From positions 123,442,001 to 123,506,000 of the forward strand of contig OZ024745.1 in assembly GCA_964016885.1 (NCBI GenBank): a stretch of 64,000 nt of DNA, read 5' to 3'. The stretch comes from Eledone cirrhosa (Eukaryota). A model generated the notes under the pieces. That model was not told where the DNA came from and did no database searches. It saw only the letters and a program-made list of their open reading frames with translations. How positions within the stretch are numbered: the first letter of the stretch is position 1; each line of letters starts with the position of its first letter. The position numbers and the translations under genes are program-made. This document shows positions 1 through 12,783 of the stretch, in pieces.

Positions 1-734
1 ATCTATAGTTAATAACTGTTGTTAGAATTGTCCTAAGCACTTGTGACTGACAATAATGCCAAGATGGAATGTCAACACAAAAATGTTTTCTTTGTATTGT
101 TTTGGAATTTTTGTTCCTGGCCAAAGTGTGATGAAACCTATTGAAGAAAGCTGTCTTTTGTCATATTTTCTCTCCTCATCTGCAGCAGCAGCACTGTTAA
201 GAGTTTGTTCTGGTTTACCATTGTCTTTTGTCTCGCTGTCTTCTTCCTGTGTCTCCAACACTCTCATTACAGCTTGCTTAAATTATCAACTTTACACAGC
301 TGCATCACAAAAGAAATTGGAAGAGCTTGCCTTTATTCTCTTCCTCTTTCTTCTAAATTTCCTTTTTCAAACAATTTTTTTTTTTAATACAAACACTTTA
401 AGAGAGTTTATCAAGTCCTTTTATATTATGAGTGATTTTGAGATGGTTTTGAGATCTTAGAAAAGAAACAGTGTAGGGTGCATGTACATTTGAAAATATC
501 AAATATTTTTTCTGGTTTAACTCTTTTGATAGAGAAGTGCATGAAACTGCCCCTGGTTCTATGACACAAGTTGTTTGTTTTGAAGTGTTCATATTTGAAT
601 CTAATCCTTTTGTTGCCATATTTATAATGAAATACATTGCATTTGAATTAATTAATGAAGGATTTGGAGAAAATTATTATTCCATTATTAATTAAGTTAC
701 ATAACTTAAAATTATGTTCAAAGATTTTAATTTA

Positions 735-925
735 AATAATTGTTTCTACTTTTGGCACAAGGCCAGCAATTACCCAGTGCATTACTGGTACTTTATTTTA
801 TCGAACCTGTAAGGATGAAAGGCAAAGTTAACCTCGGCGGAATTTGAGCTCAGAATGGAAAAGGCCGTAACTCTGTGTCAGAGCATGGCGTCCGACCCTC
901 TACCGATACTGCCAATCCACTTACC
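735..925 (-). mobile_element. tRNA-derived SINE, family A
   Basis: Reverse strand reads GGATTGGCAGTATCGGTAGAG (A-box-like), GAG(C/T)TCAAATT/CC (B-box-like), AACTTTGCCTTTCATCC..CGATAAAAT..AGTACCAG and a GGCCTTGTGCCAAAAGTAGAAACAATTATT tail. More than 20 full or partial copies occur in the window. Confidence 0.8.
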
Positions 926-1135
926 ATATTTTAATTTAAATAATAACCCTTTTACATGAGTAACTTAGTTTTGTTGAACCCCTGGCAGTTTAGGAGGGGC
1001 TGGTTTTAAAATTTTACATAAAAATATTTTGCTAAGTTATTTTTATAATACCAGCTTAAAAATGAAAATGTTAGTTATTTTATTAAATCCCCTAACATTC
1101 TTGATTTAAAAAAAATTTAATTGAAACTCATAGGC

Positions 1136-1198
1136 AGATAGAGTGTCCGTGCTGTTTGCTCTGATCTGATCAGAGCAAACAGCACGGACACTCTATCT
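1136..1198. repeat. Perfect 63-bp palindrome (31-bp arms, 1-nt spacer)
   Basis: agatagagtgtccgtgctgtttgctctgatc-t-gatcagagcaaacagcacggacactctatct. Confidence 0.95.
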
Positions 1199-1361
1199 CA
1201 AAATTATTTTTGAAAAGCATTTAGAAATGCGCAACCGGTAAAAACTTAAAAACTTAAAACCACAACTGAATACTAACCCATACAATCACTAATACTCTTT
1301 TATTCCTAATTAAACCATTTTTCAACTGTGAACAATTTGTCAGCATTTTCTATTCCGTTTA

Positions 1362-1413
<52 letters not shown>

Positions 1414-1477
1414 TACTTTTGGCACAAGGCCAACAATTATTCCAGTGTATTACTGGTACTTTATTTTATCGACCCCG

Positions 1478-1761
1478 AGAACAAAGTGGAGGTGTTACAT
1501 AGGAGATTTATTGCTCAATCTTAGTTAGAAATGTTTCTCAAGGAGCTGGCTCGTGATCTGGGATGGCAACCCCAGACCAGACTCCAAGACTGCCTGATCC
1601 TCAGACCAGTGATTTTTGTTGTGTTAACATTGGTCTGAGGATCAGGCAGTCTTGGAGTCTGGTCTGAGGTTGCCATCCCAGATCACGAGCCAACTGCTTG
1701 AGAAACATTTCTAACTAAGATGGAGCAATAAATCTCCTATGTAATATCTCCACTTTGTTCT
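1478..1761. repeat. Inverted repeat, 134-bp arms, 16-nt spacer
   Basis: 1478-1611 is the reverse complement of 1628-1761 with a few mismatches. It is followed by a CTGATGA...GAAA motif. Confidence 0.9.
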
Positions 1762-2593
1762 TATTGTATACACTCTGATGAGTATGAAACCTTTCATAAG
1801 GCCTGCTTTAGCTTGGAAATGGCTTTAATGTATCTAGAACTATATTATCTAATGTGTCAATGCTTTCCTTAAAGAATATTGGATGAAATTTGACTGCTAT
1901 TTCTAGCAGTTTAAATGGCTGCATTGAGGCAGTTCCAATTCAAGAGGGTATTTAAGAGAGAAAGATACTGAATTACAGAAAACGCTGTTCTGTATTATAA
2001 GTGGTAGTTATTGTTTGTGTGTGTGGTGCAGTGAGCTGCCTTCTGCATTCAGTAAATATTGTATTTACATGTTTTAGCACAGGTGCCTGGACTTAGCTAT
2101 CTATGCTAGCGCATAGGGACTCCATTGGTTTTATCAATGGTCTAATGTCAGTTTGAATATGTGAAGTGGCTCCTGGTTCTATGATACAAAGCTGATGATT
2201 TTTAAGTGTTTCTATTTATCTTATAATGTTTCATCACAATTTCATGTGAAGAACCTTATGTTATGATGTAAAAGTTATTTTAATATTGTTATACTTTGGG
2301 AGGGCCATGTTGCCAACACACAATTTCAGATAAAGAATCTTGCTAAACAAATTCAGAAACGAAGTTATTTTAATAAATTTCTCTAAATTGTGATTATTTT
2401 CAAAATGATTTCAAAGTTATAGGCAGTTTCTTTCATTTGAAATATGGCAGTGAAAAGTTAACAAAAGATTTAGCTGGGAATAGAATGAAAAAGACTGGAA
2501 ATGAAATAGGTAGACAGTGAGCTACTGACATCTTCGGATAAAAGACATATAAGCAAAATAATGATTTGTTGTGAGCTGCATATATTAATTATA

Positions 2594-3243
2594 CTAGCAG
2601 AAAAACCACCCTACGGGTGGTTTTCTGCTAGCATTTGTAGTGTGTATATTGATATTATACACAAATATATATGCATGTAGATATGATACATCAAATATAA
2701 TCGTAATTGGCAATATACACAGAAATTGAACAAAGCCTATGTTACACTGTCTTCTGTAATCAGTAATCCATGATACATTTAAAAAAAGACGACATTATAT
2801 ATAAACTGAATTAGGAGAAAATTAGCGATGGAAATATATGCGATTATAAGTGTTATAATATAATTGTTTCTACTTTTGGCACAAGGCCAGCAATTACCCA
2901 GTGTATTAAGAATATTAGTAATAATTGTTTCTAATTTTGGCACAAGGCCAGCAAATTACTCAGTACATTACTGGTACTTTTTTATCGACCCCGTAAGGAT
3001 GAAAGGCAAAGTTGACCTCGGCGGGATTTGAACTCAGAATGGAAAGGGCCGTAACTCTATGCGTCAAAGCATGACGTCCGACCCTCTACCGATACTGCCA
3101 ATCCACCGCCCTTTGTGTTATAATATAATATAATGGCCGCTAACCGGAAGTGTTGACATTTGAAAATTTTAAAGAAGTGAATTTTAAAGGTCTTTAAATA
3201 AGCTATAAAATATATTTAATCAACAGCCACGAAATTTAGTAGA
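2594..3243 (-). mobile_element. Non-autonomous Helitron-like element with a nested SINE A (2860-3112)
   Basis: On the minus strand it begins A|TCTACTAAA and ends with the hairpin AAAACCACCC-GTA-GGGTGGTTTT followed by CTAG|T. Confidence 0.55.
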
Positions 3244-3357
3244 TAAATTATGTAATATTCATTCATTATTTATTCAAAGTAATCCAACTTATTTTACAAA
3301 TGGGGTAAAAAAATATATTCTGGACGCAATCCCGCACTGCTTCCTTTATTATAGTTA

Positions 3358-4581
3358 AGCTAGAATCAAAAGGCCTTAAAATTAACTTGTCTAAGACTAA
3401 AGTCCTAATATGTAGGAAGGAGAATAGGACACTGGTCCCATCTGGGAAATGGCCATGCTCAGTGTGTAGGAAAGGAGTAGGCAGAAACTCCATTTTATGT
3501 CCCAAATGCAAAGTATGGGTGCATAACAGATGTAGTGGGATCACAGGTAAGCTAACTAAGAATATAGATTTTATATGTGGCCGGTGCTCTGGTGCAATAA
3601 ATAGCAGCAAATGCCCACAGAATACTAGCTCATTCCATTGCCCAGATGGTTCTATAGAAATAGTGGACACCTTCCGTTACCTGGGTGACAAAATCAGCAG
3701 TGGTGGAGGGTGCTCCAAAAGTACTGTAGTTAGAGTCCGAACGGGATGGAAAAAGTTCAGAGAGCTTATACCACTATTGGCCGCTAAACGTTTCTCTCTA
3801 AAAATGAAAGGCAGGCTGTATGATGCCTGCATACGAACAGCGATGTACCATGGCAGTGAGACATGGGCCTTGTGTTCAGAGGATCTATGCAGACTGGAGA
3901 GGAACGAAGCTTGCATGCTCCGTTGGATGTGTAATAGTAATATACGCGAACTGCAAAGCATAAATGAACTAAGTGAGAAATTAGGAATAAGAGGGATCAG
4001 ATGCTGTTTACTCGAGAGAAGACTACGTTGGTATGGTCACGTGATGTGCATGAAAGACGACAGCTGTATAAAAAAGTGCAGGGCAATCAAAATAGATGGT
4101 AGCTCGGAGTAGGCAGACCCAGAAAAACCTGGGATGACTTGATAAATTCCGACCTCACACACTTACACCTCTCCAAGACAATGTCACTGGACCGAGATCT
4201 TTGGCGCTACGCAGTAATACAGAAGACCCGCCTTGCCTATGTACAAAGCGAAACCTACAGTCAGTAGGCACCTCTTATTCAAAATACACCCCGGTCCCAC
4301 TACCCCTACCCCCACCGCCATCTACACCACCCCTTTTGATGTAAAGCTATGTTGGTACCACACCATACAATCCTAAATAAATGAGGTCGTGTAGGTGTCA
4401 CGACAAAAACCTCCCAGTCCACACTGTAAACGTGGTTGGTGTTAGGAAGGGCATCCAGACAACCCGCCAGACAGTCCCGAGCAAGACAACCAATCTTACC
4501 TCAAGTGGGACAATTCCCGTCCAGACCCATGCTAGCATGGAAGATGGATGTTAAACGATGATGATGATGACGATGATGATG
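3358..4581 (+). mobile_element. RTE-clade LINE, 5'-truncated (RT C-terminus plus 3' UTR)
   Basis: ORF 3387-4112 has KTKV, a PHD-like Cys cluster, FRYLG, GSETW and RRLRWYGHV. The 3' UTR contains GGAAGGGCATCC and ends in a (GAT)n tail. Confidence 0.9.
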
Positions 4582-5573
4582 TTTCTTCTATAAATTAGTC
4601 AAAAGGAAGAAAGGGCAGTGACTGTGGTATGTAGGTCCTCTCTGATTTGTAAGATTGATTAGTATTAAGTTGATGTATGCAAGGGAAAAAATAGGGACAT
4701 GGAGGAACTGATGAACTATGTTTAAATGTCATTGTTATTTTATCTGAGTTCAAATCCCGCTGGGGTTAACTTTGCCTTTCATCCTTATGGGGTCGATAAA
4801 ATAAAGTACCAGTAATGCACTGGGTAATTGCTGGCCTTGGGCCAAAAGTAGAAACAATTGTTATTTTATGATATTTTAATTAATTGTAATTATGTCTGTA
4901 ACTGTCTACTATTTAAATATTTCATCTTTATAAACATACTGAATGAACATAGAATTATTTGTGGTTTTCTGAGCTAATTTTATCTCTAACTTGTCTCAGA
5001 AGAAAATGGCGGAAAAGTTTATCTAGTTTGAAGATGATGTATTAATATCGTCTTTATTTGCTTTAAATTGTTGTTGTTGCTGCTGTTCTGGTACTGAAGT
5101 GGTGAGCTTATTTCAAGTTTGGGTATGTGACATTTTTGGAATGATATGAAAATATTAATTCTGTCCTCTTGAAAAACTATATTTGTTTTAGAAGATGGAA
5201 AATATATGACTTACCCTCATCAGAGAGAAATATTAGACAAAGATATATAAGCTGTATGCATGCGAGTATGTATCTTCTTTGTCTCTTTATCTATGTATGT
5301 CTGTATGTGTTGATGTGCATATGTGTATGATTTATAATCACATATTTAGTACACATGCTTGGTATGAAGCAACAGAAATTCTATTTTTTTCTTTTACTGG
5401 TTTCAGCCACTAGACTGTGGCCATGCTGGGGCACACATTAAACTGATTTAGCCTATCATACTGATCTTAGTACATATTATTTCAAACCTTGAACTTATTT
5501 TATTGATTCCCCCTTTTTTTTTTTATTGAACTGCTAAGATACAGGAGAAAACATAGGCACAGATGCAAGCATA

Positions 5574-5618
<45 letters not shown>

Positions 5619-5739
5619 TGCTCGCACCAACCAGAGGTATATGATCTTTAATGCGAAGAAATACCAATAACGGTTGGAAGATCACTGATGAAGGACTAAT
5701 TTTATTCATATGTACCCCATTTGCAACAACGCAGCACGC

Positions 5740-5791
<52 letters not shown>

Positions 5792-5795
<4 letters not shown>

Positions 5796-5960
5796 ATGAC
5801 AGCTGCATAAAGAAATGCAGATAGTTAGAAGTCAAAATAACTTGTGGAAGAAGAAGACCTAGGGAAATGTTGGATGATGTGGTGAAGGTTAACCTCATAC
5901 AGCTGAATCCCACTAAGGAGATAACCCAGGACTGAGAAAACATTCTGTAATACAGGGGAC
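5792..5960 (+). mobile_element. Degenerate RTE 3' coding fragment
   Basis: MDDSCIKKCR...GRRRPR..LDDVVK remnant directly after a (TA)n run. Confidence 0.6.
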
Positions 5961-6798
5961 TCTTCTTCCCACACAAACAGGAGGAAATGAGCACAGAGAT
6001 GGAAACATTCTCAAGTTCTTAACTTCTTTACTCATTCTATGCTAGCATAGAAAGCTGATTCACCTTTCTTGCTAAACCCTTGCCTTCCCTGATACACTTT
6101 CCCTGCCCAATCCAGGTTCCCACAGAGAGGCAGGCACAGCCCACAATTTCAGATATCCCCATGATTCAGCCACCACTGCAATTAGCATTTAAATAACTAT
6201 TCTATGCACATTTTGACCATCAAGGGGAGCCAGGCATACCCCACAATATGTCTGACACTAGCCACATTGTTGTAATGAAGCAGTGTTGGTACCATGACAA
6301 AAAACACCCACTCACTCTGTAAGGTGGTTGAGCAAGAGTCATGATAAAATGCTTCTAGTACCTGTGGTAAAGTGATTGGTCTTAAGAAGGGCATCGAATC
6401 TTAGAAACCATGCTCCCAGTACATGCTATAAAGTAGTTAGTGTTAGGAAGGGGATTCAGCCATAGAAACCGAGCCAAAAGAAAGCATACAAGCAGTCTGG
6501 CCTCAGCACACATGAGCCTTCTAATCCATGCAAGCATTGGAAATAGGTGTCCAATGTTGATGATGATGTGTATCAAATTTCACTCACAAAGCATTGGTCA
6601 ACCTGAGGCAATTGGATAAGACACTGCTGTGGAACTAAACAGAAAACTACATGGTTGTGAAGCAACCTCTTTATTCACACAGCCTGGTGCCAATATGTGT
6701 GATATATATATATGACTTGTAATCATTTCTTCAGTATACATGGCTGGATATGAACCAAAATTGGTAAAGGCAATTCTTTTATTCATTTCTGTCATTAA

Positions 6799-7244
6799 CC
6801 CTTTAGCATTTACACTGGCTATATCCAGCCAGAATTCTCTCACCTGTTTCTGTTTAAACTGGCCACAACTAGCCACTCGTACTGATGTTAAAGTATTGTT
6901 CTCAAAATAAATAATATCAAAATCTCATAGATTCTATATTATGTAAGATATTTATGTAAGGTAAAGCCTTTACCATGAAAATACAATAGTTTATATAGAG
7001 TAATGTAAATGCTAAAGGGTTAACCCTTTAGCATTTAAACTGGCCATATCCGGCCAGAATTCTTTCACCTTTTTCTGTTCAAACCGGCTGTAACCAGCCG
7101 CTTATACTGATGTTAACGTATTGTTCTCAAAATAAACACTATCAAAATGTTATACATTCGATAATGTGTGAGATAATTATGTGAGGTAATGTGTTTACTG
7201 CGAAAATATAATAGTAATCATAGAGTAATGTAAATGCTAAAGGG
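6799..7244. mobile_element. Two tandem ~220-bp piggyBac-type MITEs sharing a TTAA
   Basis: TTAA|CCCTTTAGCATTTA ... TAAATGCTAAAGGG|TTAA occurs twice (6799-7019, 7024-7244). Confidence 0.85.
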
Positions 7245-7434
7245 TTAAACTGTGGCCATGTTGGTGCGCCACCTTGAAAGGATTTAGCCAATCTTACCAA
7301 TCTCAGTATTTATTTTTTCATTTCTAGTTCTTATTATATTGATCTTTTCTCGTGAAACCATTTTGTTATAAAATATAAACATATACAAACATAAACATAG
7401 ACATTCATACATGAGCGCATGCACACACACACAG

Positions 7435-7499
<65 letters not shown>

Positions 7500-8605
7500 A
7501 TGGCCTTCTGCAGTCTGAGTGAGCAAGATATTGGTCAACCTGAAGTTACAATATGTCATTTGTTTCAAGATACCACACAATGGGACTGAACTCGAAACTA
7601 TGTGGTTGCAAAGTGATCTTAATCACACAGCCACAGATATGCCTCTACCTATGTGTATAATATATATATGGTTTATAATCACATGTGTATTACATGTGAC
7701 TAGGTATAAAGCAAAGTTTATAAATTAGCTTTTATAATTTGCTTTCTAATAATTTTATTTTGTTATGTCTCTTGGAAATAATAATGGCAATTTGTTTTCT
7801 GCCTCTTTTAATTTTGGAATTTCATTTCATGGTGTTATGAAAAGAAATAATTAATTCTTATGGAATAAGTTAGCTATAATTGTATGTCTGTTGAATCAAG
7901 AAAATGAAGAAAATGTCAGTCTATATTTTAATGATTGGAGCCCTCAAAGGATTTCTTTCATTATCTAGATCATGTGCCAACATCAAGTGGAAGAAACAAC
8001 GCTGCACCAAGAAATCATTTATTTTCATAAAAAAATTTATTATTAATACAGGTAAAATTCTGTTATAATGAATACCATTATAACGAATTTTTCAGTATAA
8101 CAACATTTTTTTCAATCCCTGAGGTAATTTGTTTCTGTCGATCTCGTTATAAAGAATTTTTCGTTACAATAAATTTCTTTTTATGCTCTATGAATTTCCT
8201 TATAACTGAATTTCACTTTAATTATCATTTTTTTAATTTCACCTCGAAAGGAAGGTAAGGATAGAGAGCGAAGTGGTGTTCCTAGTAAATTTCTTGGAAG
8301 GTGGGTGAAAATTGTGAATGGGCCTACTCTGAGCATGTACCTGTAATGCTGGAGGCAATAGCTGAGTGGGAGCACACCTTTTGTGCCAGGTTTTGAGGTA
8401 CTTCCTTGATTGGATGATTTATTTCATTTTTACAAGACTTCTACTGTGTGTTTCTATCTTGTCCTTGTACACTCTGAATCATCTCTGTACTCTTGTGGTA
8501 AATAAATAAACATTGATGATGATGTGTACCAAATTTCACTCACACGGCATTGGTCAATCTGAGTCTATTGGAGCATCTGTTGAAATGCTTTGCATTATTT
8601 AATTA

Positions 8606-8828
8606 TGGCGGTGGATTGGCAGAATCGGTAGAACATCGGACACGATGTTTTGTAGCACAGAGTTATGGCTCTTTATGGTCTGAGTTCAAATCCCACCGAG
8701 GTTAGCTTTGCCTTTCATCCTTACGAGGTTGATAAAATATAGTACCAGTAATGTACTAAGGTTGATTTAATTGACATTCTCCTACCCCACTAAATTGCTG
8801 GCCTTGAGCCTAAAGTAGAAATCCTTAT
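8606..8828 (+). mobile_element. tRNA-derived SINE, family A
   Basis: GGCGGTGGATTGGCAGAATCGGTAGA...GAGTTCAAATCCC...CTTTCATCC...AGTACCAG. Confidence 0.8.
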
Positions 8829-9334
8829 TTAATTATGACTCTTTACACTCTGAGTTCAAATCTCCCGGAGGTCAACTTTGCCTTTTCATCCTTCCTGAGA
8901 TCAACTTTGCCTTTCGTCCTTACATACTGGGGTTGATATAATCGACCATCCATTTCACATGTTGCAGACCTTGTGCCTAAAATACAACTAATCATCATCA
9001 CCACCACCATCATCATCATCATCATCATCATCAGTTTTTAAAATTTTTGTTTGAGTGAAAAAGAAAATGATTTGATAATACCAGGCTAAATCTTGTTTAC
9101 ATTCTTTTACATTTAATATGCACGATAACAAACTCCTAGCTTGTCTGGGAGGTCAGTAGTCCTGCTTCAGTACTGACTTGGTCTATGAAGATATGTTCAA
9201 CCCTTACTAGCAGGGAAAGCTGACATCAAAACGACAATGATGACAATTCTGTTAAGAATGGAGAAAATGGGCACACTTATATGTGTGTGTATATGTTTAT
9301 ATATGTGTGAGTATATATATATATATATATATAT

Positions 9335-9858
9335 ATAATACCCTTGTGTATTTGTCAGTCACACACTAGAGATAACTGAGGAAGGAAGGGGTTATAATGT
9401 CAACTTAGGGAGGAGGGGTTTCAGCGTCTAATATTCGCTACACTTGTGCGTGTCTATATGTATAGTGAATTGGCTACACATATTGGATGTTATGATTATG
9501 CGAGTATTTGTGTGTGTGAGTGTATATGTGTTTGTGTGTTTATTTAGAAAGATACATAGACAATAGAATTACAAGCACACATGCATCTACACATACATAT
9601 ATATATATAAACAGACACACTTAGAAAAAAATGTTACATACACACACATTTGTGTGATGACTGAGAAACAAGGGGAGTGGTGATGAGAAACTATAGAAGT
9701 CCAGCGTTCTAAGATTCGTCACAGCTGTGTATTTATATGTTTGTATCACTTGTGTGAGGGTGCGCGAAGGAACTAACCAACCAACCAACAACTCTTTTTT
9801 TATATTATATATAGATATTACAATTAGCCTTCATTCTTGACGGCACAGGGCCAGCTAG
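9335..9858 (+). mobile_element. Non-autonomous Helitron-like element
   Basis: 3' imperfect hairpin GCCTTCA-TTCT-TGACGGC followed by CTAG|T. The 5' end merges into (TA)n. Confidence 0.45.
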
Positions 9859-9882
9859 TATATATATATATATATATATACA

Positions 9883-10392
9883 TATCATCATCATCATCAT
9901 CATCGTTTAACGTCCGTGTTCTACGCTTGCATGGGTTTGGACGGGGGTTTTCCCACTTGAGGCAAGAGTGATTATCTTGCTCGCATAGGACTATCTGGCG
10001 GGTTTTCTACAGCTGGATGCCCTTCCTAACACCAACCACATTTACAGTGTGGGGCTGGGAGGTTTTTACCGTGTTGCCTACACGGCCACATTACAGCGTG
10101 AACTGTGTGTTTTTTTACGTGACACCTACACGATCTCATTTGTTTCGGCCTGGATGTTGTGGCACCAACATAACTTTACATTGAAAGGGGCGGTGTGGAT
10201 GGGGTGGGCGTGGTGGGACGGGGGTGTATTTTGTTAGAGATGCCTACTGACTGTAGTAGGTTTTACTTTGTATATAGGTAAGGCGGGTCTTCTCTATTAC
10301 TGAGTACCGCCAAAGGTCTCGGTCCAGTGACATTGTCTTGGTGAGGTGTAAGTGTGTGAGGTCGGAATTTATCAGCTCGTCCCAGGTTTTTC
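9883..10392 (-). mobile_element. RTE LINE 3' end
   Basis: RKTWDELINSDLT...DRDLWRYSVIEKTRLT plus 3' UTR, nearly identical to 19290-19900. Flanked by (TA)n on both sides. Confidence 0.9.
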
Positions 10393-10926
10393 TATATATA
10401 TATATATATATATATAAGTATGTATGTATGTATACGTACATACATATATGTATACAGACGTACAGTAGTATGTATATATATACATACATGCACACATATA
10501 TATATATATGCACGTATCGGTTTACCAAACATTTATTATAATGCTTGGTTTATAACAGCCCGAATTACGCCGTACAGTGTTTAGGCAACTACGTCACCTT
10601 TTTGTTCAACACTGACACAGGAACGATGTACTAGTTTCAAGCTTATTAGCTATCGTCAGCATCGTATACCTTCCTGCCAGATGGTTGAACGTCTGAAAGT
10701 ATATAATTTCCCTATGCATATTAACGGCTGAGCAGCCTAATTTGCATATCGAGTGAGTTCAGTCTATTCCATTTATATATATATATATAACCAAAGATTA
10801 ATATGGTTCGTTGGTTATTCAAAGAATACAATTTTACAATAGATTAGAAGCACTTGACAGAAGATTTTCCTGCCACTACTGGAATTGAAAAATCAAATCC
10901 CTAGCGGTATGTCACATATCAAATCT

Positions 10927-10993
10927 TATATTTTGTCTGATGAAAACGTACTTAAACACCATTGTACCTTTGAAATATGTATAATAAAATATA
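10927..10993 (+). ncRNA. Type I hammerhead ribozyme motif in a (TA)n-flanked short element (10790-11040)
   Basis: Stem I TATATTTTGT/ATAAAATATA; core CTGATGA; stem II AAACGTAC/GTACCTTT; GAAA; short stem III A-TATGTA-T; predicted AUA cleavage site. A degenerate relative lies at 53255-53500. Confidence 0.75.
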
Positions 10994-11320
10994 TATTTTG
11001 ATTATGAGAATATTTTTCATTTATTAATATTTTGAATAATATATATATATATATAGTAATAATAATAAATTTGAAGACTAAAATCCAAAGAGGGCTCGAT
11101 AAGGATAAGTATATATCAAATATATAATAACCGTAGAGCAAATATTTATTAAAATAACAGATTAAAGTTTAAGCAAAGAATCGCTGCTTTCACCCTTAAC
11201 GGGATCTTCTGTATATATATGTATATATATATATATATATATATAGATATAGAAAAAGAGATGAAATCGAAAATGCAACTGGAGTCTTATTTAAAAAAAA
11301 AAATATATATTTATTTGGTT

Positions 11321-11358
11321 CCTTTACCGGTTTCGCAGTTCTTCTGCTTTTCAAAAGG
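11321..11358 (-). ncRNA. Minimal hammerhead ribozyme motif, U3-A8 core variant
   Basis: Minus strand reads CCTT-TTGAAAA-GCAG-AAGAA-CTGC-GAAA-CCGG-TA-AAGG. Confidence 0.65.
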
Positions 11359-11456
11359 TGAGTTGAGATGGAGGGTCTGTGGTTTTTCTCACATATATAT
11401 ATATATTATTCAAAATATTAATAAATAAAGACGTTCACATAATCATTAGCATTTGG

Positions 11457-11495
<39 letters not shown>

Positions 11496-11498
<3 letters not shown>

Positions 11499-11795
11499 AG
11501 GCACATGGTTTAGTGGTTAGAGCATTGGCCTTGCAATCAAAAGGTTGTGAGTTCAATTCTCAGACCGGGTGATGTGTTGTTTCCTTGAGCAAGACACTTT
11601 ATTTCACATTGCTCCAGTTTACTCAGCTGTAGAAAGTGGTCGTGTAGGTGCCACAGCAAAAAAGCACCCACCACTCACTGTAAATGAGGTTGGTGTTAGG
11701 AAGGGCATCCAGCTGTAGAAATCAAGCCAGAATCAGTTCCCGTCCCACCCTTGCAAGCAAGGAAAAAGCGGACGTAAAATGAAATGATGAATGAT
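11496..11795 (+). mobile_element. tRNA-derived SINE, family B, with RTE-type 3' tail
   Basis: GGAGGCACATGG(C/T)TTAGTGGTTAGAGC...GAGTTCAATTCTC head, CTTGAGCAAGACACTT body, GGAAGGGCATCC...GGACGTAAAATGA tail shared with the RTE 3' UTR. Confidence 0.8.
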
Positions 11796-12560
11796 GATTG
11801 TAGCTGTTTCTCATTAAGCATATTTAATTTGACAGTCTTCTGTATTTATATATTTAAATTGTCTTTTATTTATATATTATTCTTATATTCCACATGTGTT
11901 ATTCCATTGTTAGCTTTGAGATTGTGTATCGTCCCTGGAGTTTTCATTAATTTAACAAACCCTTTTGAGCACTCCTATTCCCACCATAGTCACTGTTATT
12001 TCCTTACCACCACAATCATCATTACCATCATTATTACCTGTAAATGTGGTTGGCCCCAGAAAGGGCATCAGCCGTAGAAAACCAGCCAGAAAAAGTCCTA
12101 TACGAGCGAGACACGGCCACCCGACCCGACTTGCCTCAAGTGGGACAAACTTGTCTAATCCATGCTAGTGTGGAAGATGGATGTTGAATGATGATGATGA
12201 TGATTACCATGATAATAAGGCAGTGGATTGGCAGTATCAGTAGAGCATCAGACACTGTTTTGCTGTATAGAGTTATGGCCTTTTACGTTCTGAGGTTAGC
12301 TTTGTCTTTCATCCTTACGAGGTCGATAAAATAAAGTACCAGTAATTCACTGGGGTAATCGCTGGCCTTGTGCCAAAAGTAGAAACAACTATTACCAAGA
12401 TCACCACCAATATCATCACTATCATTATCACCACTATCTTGGAGACTCTAAAAAAAGAAAGGATCATAGGCACTACCCTTCTCTCCCTAATTAAACAGTA
12501 GGTAAAAATGCCTTGCAGTATCTAATTATATCCCTTTAGGTTTCTGATTTCAACTCTTTA

Positions 12561-12783
12561 ACCCTTTAGCATTTACATTCCTCTATATTTCCTCTATATT
12601 TTCATGGTAAAGTCTTTACCTCACATAATTGTCTCACATAATATTGAATCTATGAGATTTTGTTGTCAGTTATTTTGAGAACAATACCTTAACATCAGAA
12701 TGAATGGCTGGTTACGGCTGGTTTGAAACAGAAAGAGGTGAGAGAATTCTGGCCAGATTCAGCCGGTTTAAATACTAAAGAGT
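12561..12783. mobile_element. piggyBac-type MITE
   Basis: TTAA CCCTTTAGCATTTAC start. Same family as 6799-7244. Confidence 0.75.

Noticed and set aside
22-290. Charged 81-aa ORF on the minus strand as a host exon
   Set aside because: No recognisable domain and unconvincing splice sites.
5006-5026. AAAATGGCGGAA start-like context as DDX49 exon 1
   Set aside because: A stop follows after six codons, and there is no Q-motif sequence.
11496-11570. tRNA genes
   Set aside because: The tRNA-like A/B boxes are SINE heads continuing into repeat bodies. No complete cloverleaf is supported.
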